Part shown: positions 1-14,014 of the stretch, piece by piece
Layout: every line of letters begins with the position of its first letter
Position numbering within the stretch: position 1 is the stretch's first letter
DNA from: Eledone cirrhosa
Taxonomy: Eukaryota
Direction: 5' to 3'
Length of the DNA: 64,000 nt
Assembly (NCBI GenBank): GCA_964016885.1
Contig: OZ024759.1
Span: 28,582,001-28,646,000, forward strand
The notes under the pieces: generated by a model
Database searches by the model: none
What the model was told of the DNA's origin: nothing
What the model saw: only the letters and a program-made list of their open reading frames with translations
Position numbers and translations under genes: made by a program

Positions 1-1120
1 TATGACTATATTGTTTGTTATTTTTATCATTATGAATATATTGTTTGTTATTTTTATCATTATGAATATATTGTTTGTTATTTTTATCATTATGAATATA
101 TTGTTTGTTATTTTATCATTATGAATATATTGTTTGTTATTTTATCATTGTGAATATATTGTTTGTTATTTTTATCATTATGACTATATTGTTTGTTATT
201 TTATCATTATGAATATATTGTTTGTTATTTTTATCATTATGAATATATTGTTTGTTATTTTATCATTATGAATATATTGTTTGTTATTTTTATCATTATG
301 ACTATATTGTTTGTTATTTTTATCATTATGAATATATTGTTTGTTATTTTTATCATTATGAATATCATCATCATCATCATCATCATCATTTTACGTCCGC
401 TTTTCCCTGCTTGCAAGGGTGGGACGGGTCTTATTCAGCACAGCATCTCTCCACTCGTCACGGTCCCTCGTCATCTCCACCGTGAGCTTCAATGATCTGA
501 GGTCTGTTCTCACCACCTCCGCCCATGTTTTTCGTGGTCTACCTCTACCACGTCTTCCTTCAACTGGCATTTCCTGGCACTTCTTCACCCATCGGTCATC
601 CTCCATGCGCATCACATGTCCATACCACCTCAGTCTCCTCTCCCGTACACTACATTCTATCCCTCTCAGACACAGTTTCTCTCTCAACACATTTATGCTG
701 GGTCGTTCACGCACATTTACACTGCACATCCAACGGAGCATGCTTGCCTCATTTCTCTCCAGCCGTCGCATATCTTCTGCGGTAGCTGCCCATGTCTCAC
801 TACCATGCAGCATCGCGCTCCTCACACAGGCATCATACAACCAATATATTGTTTGTTATTTTTATCATTATGACTATATTGTTTGTTATTGTTGTCATTA
901 TGATTATATTGTTTGTTATTGTTGTCATTATGATTATATAGTTTGTTATTGTTGTCATTATGATTATATTGTTTGTTATTGTTGTCATTATTATGAATGT
1001 ATTGTTTGTTATTGTTGTCGTTATTATGAATGTATTGTTTGTTATTGTTGTCGTTATTATGAATGTATTGTTTGTTATTGTTGTCGTTATTATGAATGTA
1101 TTGTTTGTTATTGTTGTTAT
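1..1120. repeat. ~30-bp AT-rich minisatellite interrupted by a LINE
   Basis: TATGAATATATTGTTTGTTATTTTTATCAT units at 1-365 and 843-1120. Confidence 0.95.
366..842 (-). mobile_element. 5'-truncated RTE-clade LINE, 3' end
   Basis: ORF 391-840 (LHGSETW...MLRWM...RLRWYGHVMRM...RGRGRPRKTW) is the C-terminus of an RTE ORF; (GAT)n tail; inserted in a 30-bp minisatellite. Confidence 0.92.
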
Positions 1121-1818
1121 TCCTCAGAAAATCCCAGACAATCTCTTAATCCAACTCTGCTGTCACAGACCAATTCTACGTCTATTTATTCTATTTAACG
1201 AGTTCTAACCTTCCCTTTGTCCCACCCTTCTCGCCCTCTCTCTCTCTCTCACTCACTCACTCTCTCTATCTCTCTCGCTCTCTCACCCTCTATCTCTCTC
1301 ACTCTCTCTCACTCACTCTCTCTATCTCTCCCTCTCACTATTTCTCTCACTCTCTCTCTCCATCTCATTATTTCTTTTTTGTGTTCCTACTTACATATTC
1401 TAGCCCCTCCTGTTTCCATTTATATATATAGACAAATATATACACACATATATACACAAAGGTGCATACATGCACATTTACACACATATATACACGCACA
1501 CACACACAAAGAGACATACACACACACAAAGAGACATACACACATACATATATATATAAATACACAAACATATATATATACATATATATATTTATCTATA
1601 TAAGTATATACACAGATATATATGCATCTACATATATACACACACATACATGCATACATACATATATATATATATACACACATATATATATATATACACA
1701 CATGCACACACACAGAGGCAGAGGGATAGACAGGCCCAATATAAGCTCTCAACCCCCTCAACCTACCTCCACCCCAACATGTCCAATTCCCACAAACACA
1801 CACACACATACACATACA

Positions 1819-1859
<41 letters not shown>

Positions 1860-2149
1860 ACACACATACACGCCAAAATTATAAAATAGAAAATAAAACT
1901 CTTTTAATTTAAAAACCAATTATAATCAACAACTAATTAACATGGTGTTAGTAGTAGTGGGTGGGCTATGGGTGGGGATGGTACACTTGGTGATGATGAT
2001 GATGGTGGTGGTGGTTGTGGGGGGGGTAAGTGATGGTGGTGGTGATGGTAGACTTAGTGGTGATAATGATGGTGATAGAGGTGGTGCTGATCATGGTGTT
2101 AGTTGTGGTGATGATAATGATATATAGATATATACATACATATATTTAT

Positions 2150-2389
2150 TATTAGGTTAACTTGGCCTTTCATCCACACGGGGGTCGATAAAATAAAGTA
2201 CCAGTAATACACTGGGATAATTGCTGGCCTTGTGCCAAAAGTAGAAATAATTATTAGTACAGAAGGGCGGGGGGTTGGCAGTATCGGTAGAGGGTCGGAT
2301 GCTATGCTTTCCAGCATAGTTACGTCCCTTTACAGTCTGAGTTCAAATCCTGCCGAGGTTAACTTTTGCCTTTCATCCTTACGGGGTCG
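2150..2389 (+). mobile_element. Nin/Deu-like SINE fragments (3' part, then 5' part)
   Basis: Homologous to 23208. Confidence 0.75.
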
Positions 2390-2754
2390 TTCTTCCACGC
2401 TAGCATGGGTTAGACGGGTTGTCCTGTTGTGGGCAGTGTCCGGTCGGCTGACCTTGTCTTGCTCATACAGGAACTGATTCTGGCTTGATTTCTACAGCTG
2501 GATGCCCTTCCTAACACCAACCTCATTTACAGTGAGTGCTGGGTGCTTTTTTGCCGTGGCACCTCCACGACCACTTTGCAGTGGAATGATAGGGACCCCA
2601 GTCCCTATCATCTCATTTCTACAGCTGAGTAAACTGGAGCAATGTGAAATAAAGTGTCTTGCTCAAGGAAACAACACATCACCCGGTCTGAGAATTGAAC
2701 TCACAACCTTTCGATTGCAAGGCCAGTGCTCTAACCACTAAGCCCTGTGCCTCC
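2387..2754 (-). mobile_element. CORE-like SINE copy
   Basis: Reverse complement of the 10791 element. Confidence 0.85.
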
Positions 2755-2769
2755 ATATATATATATAAA

Positions 2770-3055
2770 AAGGAAAATTTTCGCTGTACATGGCTGAATA
2801 CAATAAATGTAATCTGAGTTTTTCGAATATTAATAATAACATTCGATTCGTTTGCAATTATGCAAACAAGCCTCAATTTTATAGCCATGTCAGTAGAATG
2901 AACCCTTCATTCTTGCTCTTATGTTGGCATGTAAAAAGAACTGCCAACATAAGAGCAAGAATGAAGGGTTCATTCTACTGACATGGCTATAAAAATTGAG
3001 GCTTGTTTGCATAATTGCAAACGAATCGAATGTTATTATTAATATTCGAAAAACT
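2770..3055. mobile_element. Fold-back element in (TA)n
   Basis: Near-perfect inverted repeat 2817-2929 / 2942-3055 (one indel), 12-nt loop, ~45-nt unique extension on the left; TA tracts on both sides. Confidence 0.7.
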
Positions 3056-3182
3056 ATATATATATATATATATATTTATGTATTTATATATATATATATA
3101 TATATTTATATATGTATTTATGTATTAATATATCATCATCATCATCATCGTTTAACGTCCATCTTCCATGCTTGCATGGGTT

Positions 3183-3239
<57 letters not shown>

Positions 3240-3436
3240 GATAAATCTACCAAGAGTTTACGGTAGTGTCCAATCCGTATGAAGAACTCAATGTAATCCG
3301 GATATCATGGAAAGAAGAGATGCAATGAAAAATCACTTTCGGTGAAAGATAAACGGAATACAGAGTCAAGATAAAATATTAAAAAAATAATGAATAAAAC
3401 AATGAAACAGTTCCTTATATTAAACAAAAAAAGTTC

Positions 3437-3579
3437 ATTATTTAACGATCGTTTCTAGGATATATATGTGTTAGAATTGGCATGCATATTCAACAGATCT
3501 ATGTACAAAATTATACAAAATTATACAAACTATCAAAATTAAATATACATACCAAACACATATATATGCCGTCTTCAGA

Positions 3580-3585
<6 letters not shown>
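3437..3585 (-). ncRNA. Type I hammerhead ribozyme-like motif, family A, second copy
   Basis: Minus strand: ATTATTT CTGAAGA CGGC ATATATATGTGTT...AACACATATATAT CCTA GAAAC GATC GTT AAATAAT. Flanks are homologous to the 14586 copy. Confidence 0.72.
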
Positions 3586-3629
<44 letters not shown>

Positions 3630-4571
3630 CATATTAAATATAAACATACACAATTTAAACAAAGACTCCTTATCATTCTCCCCAATATCAATTTTCTGTA
3701 CATTGTAAGACTTTCTATAGATAAGATTGGGACTGGTGGTGGTGGTGGTGGTGGTGGTGGTGGTGGTAGTGGTGGTGGTGGTGATGGTGGTGATGTAGTG
3801 GTGGAGGTGGTGGTGGTGGTGGTGTGGTGTTGATAGTGGTGGTAGTGGTTGTTGTGGTGGTGGTGGTGGTAGTGGTGGTGGTGGTGTGGTGTTGGTAGTG
3901 GTGGTGATGTAGTGGTGGTAATGTAGTGGTGGTGGTGGTAGCGGTGGTGGTGATGTGGTGGAGGTTATGTAGAGGTGGTGGTGGTAGTGGTGGTGTGGTG
4001 GTGGTGGTGGTGGTTATGTAGAGGTGGTGGTGGTAGTGGTGGTGTTGGTGATGTAGTGGTGGAGGTAGTGGTGGTAGTGAGGAGGTGGTTGTGTGGAATT
4101 GGTGGCACGGTGCTGTAGTGGTTGGGTGGGTAGAGAGGTAGATTCATCTATAATTCCAATCTTGGTCACATGAAGAGAGAGCACTGATTGGTAGTGACTG
4201 GAACATACAGTACACACACACACACACACACACATACACACACAGACATACACATACACACATGTGTGTACATACATATGTACACAAACACACACACACA
4301 TATATATATATATGCTTATGTGTGCACATAAATAAATTATATATATATATATATTTATATATGTGTGCCTGTGTGTGTATATATATATATATTTATATAT
4401 GTGTGTGTGTATATATATATATATAATGCACATATGTCTATACATACATATGTACACACACAGCTATTCATATATATATACACAGCTATACACATATATA
4501 CACACAGCTATACACATATACACACACAGCTATACACATATACACACACAGCTATATACATATACACACAG

Positions 4572-4607
<36 letters not shown>

Positions 4608-4661
4608 CCACACACAGCTATATACATATACACACAGCTATATACATATACACACACACAG

Positions 4662-4708
<47 letters not shown>

Positions 4709-5001
4709 GCTATACATACATATCAGTAATTATCCAGTGCCAAACAACAGCCATAAAACATCTCAATGTAATTTCCGAGAGACAGAGTGAGAGAGAGAGG
4801 GAGAGAGTGAGAGACAGAGAGAGAGAGAGAGGTGGAGAGAGAGAGGTGGAGAGAGAGAGAGAGTGAGAGAGGGGGATGGAAGAGAAGGAGAGAACTTTCC
4901 CTATAAAAATTCCTTCAGCACCTGTTTTTGTCTGAGAGAGAAAGAGAGAGAAAGACTGATGTTTGAGAGGGGGGAGGGAGAGGAAGGAAAAAAGGGTTGG
5001 A

Positions 5002-5182
5002 TAATAATTGTTTCTACTATTGCACAAGGCCAGCAATAACCCAGTGCATTACCGGTACTTTATTTTACCGACCCCGCAAGGATGAAAGGCAAAGTTTAAC
5101 CTCGGCGGGATTTGAACTCAGACTGTAAAGGGACGTAACTATGCTAGAAAGCATGGCCTCCAAGCCTCTACCGATACTGCCT
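5002..5182 (-). mobile_element. Nin/Deu-like SINE
   Basis: Reverse complement of the 23208 type. Confidence 0.8.
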
Positions 5183-5227
5183 AATAATATTTAGGTAGAA
5201 TGAAGACTACTTCCCAACCACCACAAC

Positions 5228-5302
<75 letters not shown>

Positions 5303-5303
<1 letters not shown>

Positions 5304-5468
5304 GTAGGAGGTGAGTTTTATTGTAGTACAATAAAGCAATGCAGATATCGGATAAGAAGCACTCTACAGTTTGTAGGACTGGAGTATACATAATATAAGA
5401 TCAAAAGATGGTTAAAGCGCATAATAAAATACATGGAACTCCTTTAACCATCTTTTGATCTTATATTA
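5303..5468. mobile_element. Fold-back element, family C, short copy
   Basis: Nearly identical to 14874-14990 plus 15189-15243; flanked by (TA)n. Confidence 0.8.
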
Positions 5469-5489
5469 TATATATATATATATATATAT

Positions 5490-5745
5490 GTAGAAGTTAT
5501 ATTTAATTTGTTGGGATACAACAAGCAAATATTTTTATAACTGATATAAAGCACTCAACAAATTTTTGGAGTAAAAATACGATATATTAACAAATGGAAA
5601 CTATATTTATAGAACCATATTTATTTCATTATATATTTCAAATTATGGTGCGCTTTCATCAGATAAAATATAATATAGATCAGTTTTATAAAAAATACAG
5701 TATGTCAATATTTGTTTATAAAACTGATCTATATTATATTTTATA
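5490..5745. mobile_element. Fold-back element, family D
   Basis: Homologous to 18807-19185; internal inverted repeat about 5663-5692 / 5715-5744. Confidence 0.75.
5622..5670 (-). ncRNA. Family D hammerhead with the 3' half of stem II deleted (probably inactive)
   Basis: Minus strand: TATTTTAT CTGATGA AAGCGCACCATAATTT GAAA TATATA ATGAAATA. Flanks match the 18807-19185 element. Confidence 0.6.
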
Positions 5746-5764
5746 CACATACATATTGTATTTT

Positions 5765-6700
5765 ATACACATACATGTCTACACATTTTTGTGTATATAC
5801 ACACACACACACGTGTGTATAAACATATACACACACACACATGTATCATCATACACACATGTATGTATACACATACATATCTACACATTTTTGTGTATAT
5901 ACACACACACACGTTTGTATAAACATATACACATACACACATGTACGTATACACATTCATATCTACACATTTTTTGTATATATACACACACACGTATGTA
6001 TAAACATACACACACACATGTATCATCATACACACATGTACGTATACACATACATATCTACACATTTTTGTGTATATACACACACACGTATGTCTGTATA
6101 AACATATACACACACACACACATGTATCATCATACACACATGTACGTATACACATACATATCTACACATTTTTGTATATATACACACACACGTATGTGTG
6201 TATAAACATATACACACACATGTATCATCATACACACATGTACGTATACACATACATATCTACACATTTTTGTGTATATACACACACACATATGTATGTA
6301 TAAACATATACACACACACATGTACGTATACACATACATATCTACACATTTTTGTGTATATACACACGCACGTATGTGTATATAAACATATACATACACA
6401 CATGTACGTATACACATACATATCTACACATTTTTGTATATATACACACACACGTATGTGTGTATAAACATATACACACACACATGTATCATCATACACA
6501 CATGTACGTATACACATACATATCTACACATTTTTGTATTATATATACACACACACACGTATGTATAAACATATATACACACACACATGTATCATCATAC
6601 ACACATGTACGTATACACATACATATCTACACATTTTTGTGTATATACACACACACACACATGTATCATCATACACATATGTATGCATACATATACATGT
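5765..6700. repeat. CA/TA-rich compound minisatellite
   Basis: Recurrent ATCTACACATTTTTGTGTATATACAC...CATGTACGTATAC units. Confidence 0.9.
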
Positions 6701-6938
6701 ATTCACACATGTATCAACATGTATACACATACATACATACACAAACACACATGTATCAACACACACATATATCTAGACATACAGATGTACACATACATCC
6801 CCCCCCCCCCACCACCAACCCACCTTGATCCAGCTGGTATCCATATATAGAGGTGGAAACGATGTAAATCTGGTGGAAGGAAAAATAAAGGAACTAAACT
6901 ATCACAGACTAATGTTGTGGTTTTCCAGATGGTGTCCA

Positions 6939-6991
<53 letters not shown>

Positions 6992-7032
6992 CATTGCATA
7001 CACATACATAAATGTGTGTTTGTATATATATA

Positions 7033-7292
7033 TCATCATCATCATTTTACGTCCACTTTTCCCTGCTTGCAAGGGTGGGACGGGAACTGATTCTGGCTTG
7101 ATTTCTACAGCTGGATGCCCTTCCTAACACCAACCTCATTTACAGTGAGTGCTGGGAGCTTTTTTGCCGTGGCACCTCCACGACCACTTTGCAGTGGAAT
7201 GATAGGGACCCCAGTCCCTATCATCTCATTTCTACAGCTGAGTAAACTGGAGCAATGTGAAATAAAGTGTCTTGCTCAAGGAAACAACACAT
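7033..7292 (-). mobile_element. CORE-like SINE copy, 5'-truncated, LINE-identical tail
   Basis: Same body; tail CCCACCCTTGCAAGCAGGGAAAAG(T)GGACGTAAAATGATG. Confidence 0.85.
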
Positions 7293-7315
7293 CCATTGCA
7301 TATACACACAAATAT

Positions 7316-7641
7316 ATCATCATCATCACCGCTTTATGTCCGTTCTTCCATGCTAGCATGGGTTAGACGGGTTGTCCTGTTGTGGGCAGTGTCGGGTCGG
7401 CTGACCATGCCTTGCTCATACAGGAACTGATTTGGCTTGATTTCTACAGCTGGATGCCCTTCCTAACACCAATCTCATTTACAGTGAGTGCTGGGTGCTT
7501 TTTCCGTGGCACCTACACGTCCACTTTACAGTGTGGGCTGGGTGCTTTTTTGCCGTGGCACCTCCACGACCACCTTGCAGTGGGAGGGTGTGGGGGCATA
7601 TTGTCTATATTCTTCAGCTTGTACCCATGGGAGGTCGGGAT
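7316..7641 (-). mobile_element. Non-autonomous RTE-tailed element with a non-tRNA head
   Basis: Shares the 3' body with the SINE but has a different 5' head (CCCGACCTCCCATGGGTACAAGCTGAAG), also seen at 41107-41450. Confidence 0.7.
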
Positions 7642-7934
7642 ATATATATATATTTATATACACACACATCCATCGCATACACACACACACACACACATAT
7701 ATATATACATACATACACACAGCTGCACAATCAGACATAGACAAACAATGAAGGACAAATCATCAACACAACAGTTACACACACGCATATACAGACATAC
7801 ACACATATACATACTTACAGACACACACACATACACATACTTACAGACACACACACATACACATACTTACAGACACACACACTGCCAAAAACCTCATTTT
7901 TTCCATGCATCTACTCCTAACCTGACATACCCCA

Positions 7935-8500
7935 AACACTACAACACCACCACCACCACCTCCACCAAACACCACCACCACCATCCTCCGCAAACACTAC
8001 ACCACCACCACCTCCACCAAACACTACACCACCACCACCTCCACCAAACACCATCACCACCACCACCATCCTCCGCAAACACTACACCACCACCACCTCC
8101 ACCAAACACCATCACCCTCCGCAAACACTACACCACCACCACCTCCACCAAACACCATCACCACCACCACCATCCTCCGCAAACACTACACCACCACCAC
8201 CTCCACCAAACACCATCACCACCACCCTCCGCAAACACTACACCACCACCACCTCCACCAAACACCATCACCACCACCACCATCCTCCGCAAACACTACA
8301 CCACCACCACCTCCACCAAACACTACACCACCACCACCTCCACCAAACACTACACCACCACCACCTCCACCAAACACTACACCACCACCACCTCCACCAA
8401 ACACTACACCACCACCACCTCCACCAAACACTACACCACCACCACCTCCACCAAACACTATACTACCATCACCACCATCCTCCACAAACACTACACCACC
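7935..8500. repeat. 27-bp CAC-rich minisatellite
   Basis: ACCACCACCACCTCCACCAAACACTAC units. Confidence 0.9.
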
Positions 8501-9199
8501 ACCCCACCGTCACCCTCATCCCCGCCCTACACAGGCATGGTGGGGGTGGAGCCAAATGTCCAGAAAGTTCCAGTGCTGGGTGGATGAGTGAGGTGGGTGT
8601 TTAGTAACTTAGAAACTCATCCGAGTTGGACCCTCGTAATAAACCTCTACAATAACCCAGCCCATCTATCCAACCACCTTACCATTCAACCATGGGGACA
8701 AGCCCACCACCCCCACCCCGCCTCCCCATTTTTTCAAACGTCTATATTTTATTTTTTGTTTATTTGATATAATAAATTCTTTTTAAGCTTATTTTTTTAT
8801 ATCTGAACTTCATTTGAATATATAAAATTTAATTAGTGTAAAATGTTACTTGTGTTTTTAGGGTCCAGGAAAGGGACCTTAAACTATACTAACATGCTCC
8901 TTTAAGAATCAACAAATGTTGGTTTGTCCTCCTCACATTTTAAAGGCAAACGAGGCCCCTGCATTCAACCAACCATCTTCCTTACCATCCACCCCCACCC
9001 CAACACATCATCATCATCATCATCACCAACACCCCACCACCACCACCACCACCCCACCATTATCACCATGGAAACACAGCCCAATTTATCATTCCATGTC
9101 ATGTTTGACAATGTTTATGAGAAAATAATGATACATCTTCTCCTTCTCCTCTCTCTCTTCCTCTCCCTCCCTCCCTTTCTTTATCTCTCCCTCTCCATC

Positions 9200-10015
9200 T
9201 CTCTCTCCCTACTTCCCCCTCTCCATCTCTCTCTCCCTCTGAGCCTCTCCCTACTACCCCCTCTCCATCTCTCTCTCCATCTCTCTCTCCCCCTGAGCCT
9301 CTCCCTACTACCCCCTCTCCATCTCTCGCTCCCCCTGAGCCTCTCCATCTCTCTCTCCCCCTGAGCCTCTCCCTACTACCCCCTCTCCATCTCTCTCTCC
9401 CCCTGAGCCTCTCCCTACTTCCCCCTCTCCATCTCTCTCTCCCCCTGAGCCTCTCCCTACTTCCCCCTCTCCATCTCTCTCTCCCCCTGAGCCTCTCCCT
9501 ACTACCCCCTCTCCATCTCTCTCTCCCCCTGAGCCTCTCCCTACTTCCCCCTCTCCATCTCTCTCTCCCCCTGAGCCTCTCCCTACTTCCCCCTCTCCAT
9601 CTCTCTCTCCCCCTGAGCCTCTCCCTACTACCCCCTCTCCATCTCTCTCTCCCCCTGAGCCTCTCCCTACTTCCCCCTCTCCATCTCTCTCTCCCCCTGA
9701 GCCTCTCCCTACTTCCCCCTCTCCATCTCTCTCTCCCCCTGAGCCTCTCCCTACTTCCCCCTCTCCATCTCTCTCTCCCCCTGAGCCTCTCCCTACTTCC
9801 CCCTCTCCATCTCTCTCTCCCCCTGAGCCTCTCCCTACTTCCCCCTCTCCATCTCTCTCTCCCCCTGAGCCTCTCCCTACTTCCCCCTCTCCATCTCTCT
9901 CTCCCCCTGAGCCTCTCCCTACTTCCCCCTCTCCATCTCTCTCTCCCTCTGAGCCTCTCCCTACTTCCCCCTCTCCATCTCTCTCTCCCTCTGAGCCTCT
10001 CCCTACTACCCCCTC
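9200..10015. repeat. 42-bp pyrimidine-rich minisatellite
   Basis: CTGAGCCTCTCCCTACTTCCCCCTCTCCATCTCTCTCTCCCC; period 42 (9361 to 9781 spans 10 units). Confidence 0.95.
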
Positions 10016-10339
10016 TCCCTACTTCACCCTCTCCCTCACATTTCCTATCAATCTATATCGCTCATGCAGTTTCTCACACACACACACACAGAAACACACA
10101 CACACACACGCACACAAACACACTATTACCTTGCCCGGCCTATGCACTACCCCTCCCCACACACAGAAACACTCATACCTGACTCAACCCATTTCCTTCC
10201 CACGACACATGTCCCCACATGTCGGAGGATGGTTGCTACACATACCTACACAGCTCTCACGTGTGGGAGAGTGTTGCTGCTACCCACACAACCACACACA
10301 CTCACACACACACACACACACACAATCCCTAGATCCTAA

Positions 10340-10526
10340 CTAATAATTGTTTCTACTTTTGGCACGAGGCCAGCAATTACCCAGTGCATTACTGGTACTT
10401 TATTTTATCGACCCCCGTAAGGATGAAAGGCAAAGTTAACGTTGGCGGGATTTGAACTCAGATCATAAAGGGGCGTAACTCTGTGCTGCAAAGCAATAGC
10501 GTCCGACCCTCTACCGATACTGCCAA
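10340..10526 (-). mobile_element. Nin/Deu-like SINE
   Basis: Reverse complement of the 23208 type. Confidence 0.8.
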
Positions 10527-10790
10527 TCCTAACTAATAATGAATGAGTACTTAACAGATTAACATGAAAACCCTCTCCAACAGACCCCAGCTTCAGTCAC
10601 TCAGATATGCTGTGTCCATTCTCTCTTGGTTCCACCACTACTACAGTGTGCTCTGCTTGGTCAGTCTTATTTTTGTTTAATATAAGCCAAAACTTTGAAG
10701 TCACTGCCATTGTATACTCTACCCACCAGTATTAAATTCTCAATTTGCTAACCCTTTAGTATTTATATTACTCTATATTTACTATTATAT

Positions 10791-11188
10791 GGAGGCACGC
10801 GGCTTAGTGGTTAGAGCATTGAGCTTGCAATCGAAAGGTTGTGAGTTCAATTCTCAGACCAGGTGATGTGTTGTTTCTTTGAGCAAGACACTTTATTTCA
10901 CATTGCTCCAGTTTACTCAGCTGTAGAAATGAGATGATAGGGACTGGGGTCCCTATCATTCCACTGCAAAGTGGTCGTGGAGGTGCCATGGCAAAAAAGC
11001 ACCCAGCACTCACTGTAAATGAGGTTGGTGTTAGGAAGGGCATCCAGCTGTAGAAATCAAGCCACAATCAGTTCCCGTATGAGCAAGATAAGGTCAGCCG
11101 ACCGGACACTGCCCACAACAGGACAACCCGTCTAACCCATGCTAGTGTGGAAGAACAAACGTAAAACAGTGATGATGATGATGATGAT
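10791..11188 (+). mobile_element. tRNA-derived CORE-like SINE with RTE-type tail (full length)
   Basis: A box GGCTTAGTGG, B box GAGTTCAATTC, CORE-like TTGAGCAAGACACTT, then GTTAGGAAGGGCATCC and a (GAT)n tail. Confidence 0.85.
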
Positions 11189-11192
11189 TATG

Positions 11193-11233
<41 letters not shown>

Positions 11234-11237
11234 TAAC

Positions 11238-11271
<34 letters not shown>

Positions 11272-12193
11272 GATAAGAAGGGAGCGGATATCTTAAAACA
11301 GGCTTTGGTGTGGGTGGGGTGGAGGTAATCCTCCCCTCCCACAAAGGCCACCCAAATTGTGGTTCCTACTTGAGGCTAGAAACAATGTGTTAGCATTGAT
11401 CACAGACCATTTGGTGGGTCTGTCCCCAGGGTGGGGGCACCCCCCACCCCTGCCCCACAACACCCACCTACACATTTTAGGATACTATAAGATGATTACA
11501 ATACTCCTGTCAACACCATAACCAACTACACACACTCACACACACATACTTGCTAGTATACACACACACGTACACTTGCTAGCATTCACACACACACACT
11601 TGCTAGCATACATACATAGACACATACACTCACACTAGCTAACATACACACACGAGCATACACACACACATATTTGCTACCATACACACACACACACACA
11701 CACATTTGCAAGCATACATATATATACACACATATATTTGCTACCATACACACACACACACATTTGCAAGCATACATATATATACACACATATATTTGCT
11801 ACCACACACACACACATTTGCAAGCATACATATATATACACACATATATTTGCTACCATACATTTGCAAGCTTACATATATATTATACACACACACTTGC
11901 TACCATTCACACACACATACTTGCTTGCATTCACACACACACACGTAGTCCATATCGTAATGGGCCACGCATGCACACGAGGATATATACACACATATTT
12001 GCTAGCATACATACACACATGGAGTTCACGCCATAATGGTCCACACACACACACACACACACCACATCATGTACACATGCTTACATACATACATTTACAA
12101 ACTCATAAATTCGTATACATAAATATATACACACATACACACTCAATTACAACATAGTCACACCACACACATGCATTATATACATACGGTGTA

Positions 12194-12375
12194 TTGGCAG
12201 GGTCGGTAGAGGGTCGGACGCTATGCTTTGACGCATAGAGTTACGGCCCTTGCCATTCTGAGTTCAAATCCCGCCGAGGTTGACTTTGCCTTTCATCCTT
12301 ATGGGGTCGATAAAATAAAGTACCAGTAATACACTGGGGTCATTGCTGGCCTTGTGCCAAAAGTAGAAACAATTA
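12194..12375 (+). mobile_element. Nin/Deu-like SINE
   Basis: Homologous to 23208. Confidence 0.8.
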
Positions 12376-12399
12376 TATACATACATATTTTCACAATCA

Positions 12400-13180
12400 C
12401 AAAAATATACATGCATACACACACAAAAATATACATAAATACACACAGAAAAATATACATAAATACACACAGAAAAATATACATAAATACACACACAAAA
12501 ATATACATAAATACACACACAAAAATATACATGCATACACACACAAAAATATACATAAATACACACAGAAAAATATACATAAATACACACACAAAAATAT
12601 ACATAAATACACACACAAAAATATACATGCATACACACACAAAAATATACATAAATACACACAGAAAAATATACATAAATACACACACAAAAATATACAT
12701 AAATACACACACAAAAATATACATGCGTACACACATAAAAATATACATGCATACACACATAAACATATACATAAATACACACACAAAAATATAAATAAAT
12801 ACACACACAAAAATATACATGCATACACACACAAAAATATACATGCATACACTCACAAAAATATACATGCATACACACACAAAAATATACATGCATACAC
12901 TCACAAAAATATACATGCATACACACACAAAAATATACATGCATACACACACAAAAATATACATAAATACACACAAAAATATACATGCATACACTCACAA
13001 AAATATACATAAATACACACAAAAATATACATAAATACACACAAAAATATACATGCATACACACACAAAAATATACATGCATACACACACAAAAATATAC
13101 ATAAATACACACAAAAATATAAATAAATACACACACACAAAAATATACATAAATACACACACACAAAAATATACATGCAT
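12400..13180. repeat. 22-24-bp minisatellite
   Basis: ACACACAAAAATATACAT(AAA/GCA)TAC units. Confidence 0.9.
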
Positions 13181-13303
13181 ACACCAACACATTCACAAAT
13201 ACAAATATACTCACACAAACACATTCACAAATACACATATGCACACATAAATACCCACAGACACACAAACACATGCGCAGATACATATAGGCATAAAAAT
13301 ACA

Positions 13304-13346
<43 letters not shown>

Positions 13347-14014
13347 ACACACACCTATGGATCTCTGACACATCTGGAAATACAACCACATACACACACA
13401 CACACACACACTCATATTCAGAAATACACATATTCACACAGAAATACACCCCACCCACCCCACATACCCACAGACACACACAGTCACACACATAACCATA
13501 AAAATACAGCTGCATACACACATACCTATGGATCTGTGACACATCTGGAAGTGAAACAGAAATAAAAGCAATATACTAGAACACTCAATGGGTTAATGGG
13601 TCAGCTACCATCAAAAATGTTGTATTTTTCTCCTATACACTGTCTGCAGGCTCTGGAGCCTGTCATCGCCCTTCTTTCAATTTCTCTCTGTTCTCCTCCT
13701 CTACCATCTCCTGTACTCTGTCTATCTCTAGGCACTGCAGCTTATAACAACCCTTCCCTTCTTTCCACCATCTTCCATGCCCTGATTGTCTGTAAGCCCT
13801 GTCAGTCTGTCACAACTCTTCTTCCTCCTCCTACTACTACTACTACTACTACTACTACCACTACTAATTAACTACAGCTGGAAATTACAGCTAGGAAGCT
13901 CAGTAATCAGTAGTAACCATGGAAACCAGTAATGATGGTCTGTATGGTCTGTGTCAGTAACTATTTAACTGAAGTCATAACAACATGGCTACCAGATATT
14001 AAAATAATAATAAT

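Noticed and set aside
10791-10865. tRNA-like sequence with A/B boxes
   Set aside because: It is a SINE head that continues into the CORE-like body in many copies; no proper acceptor stem.
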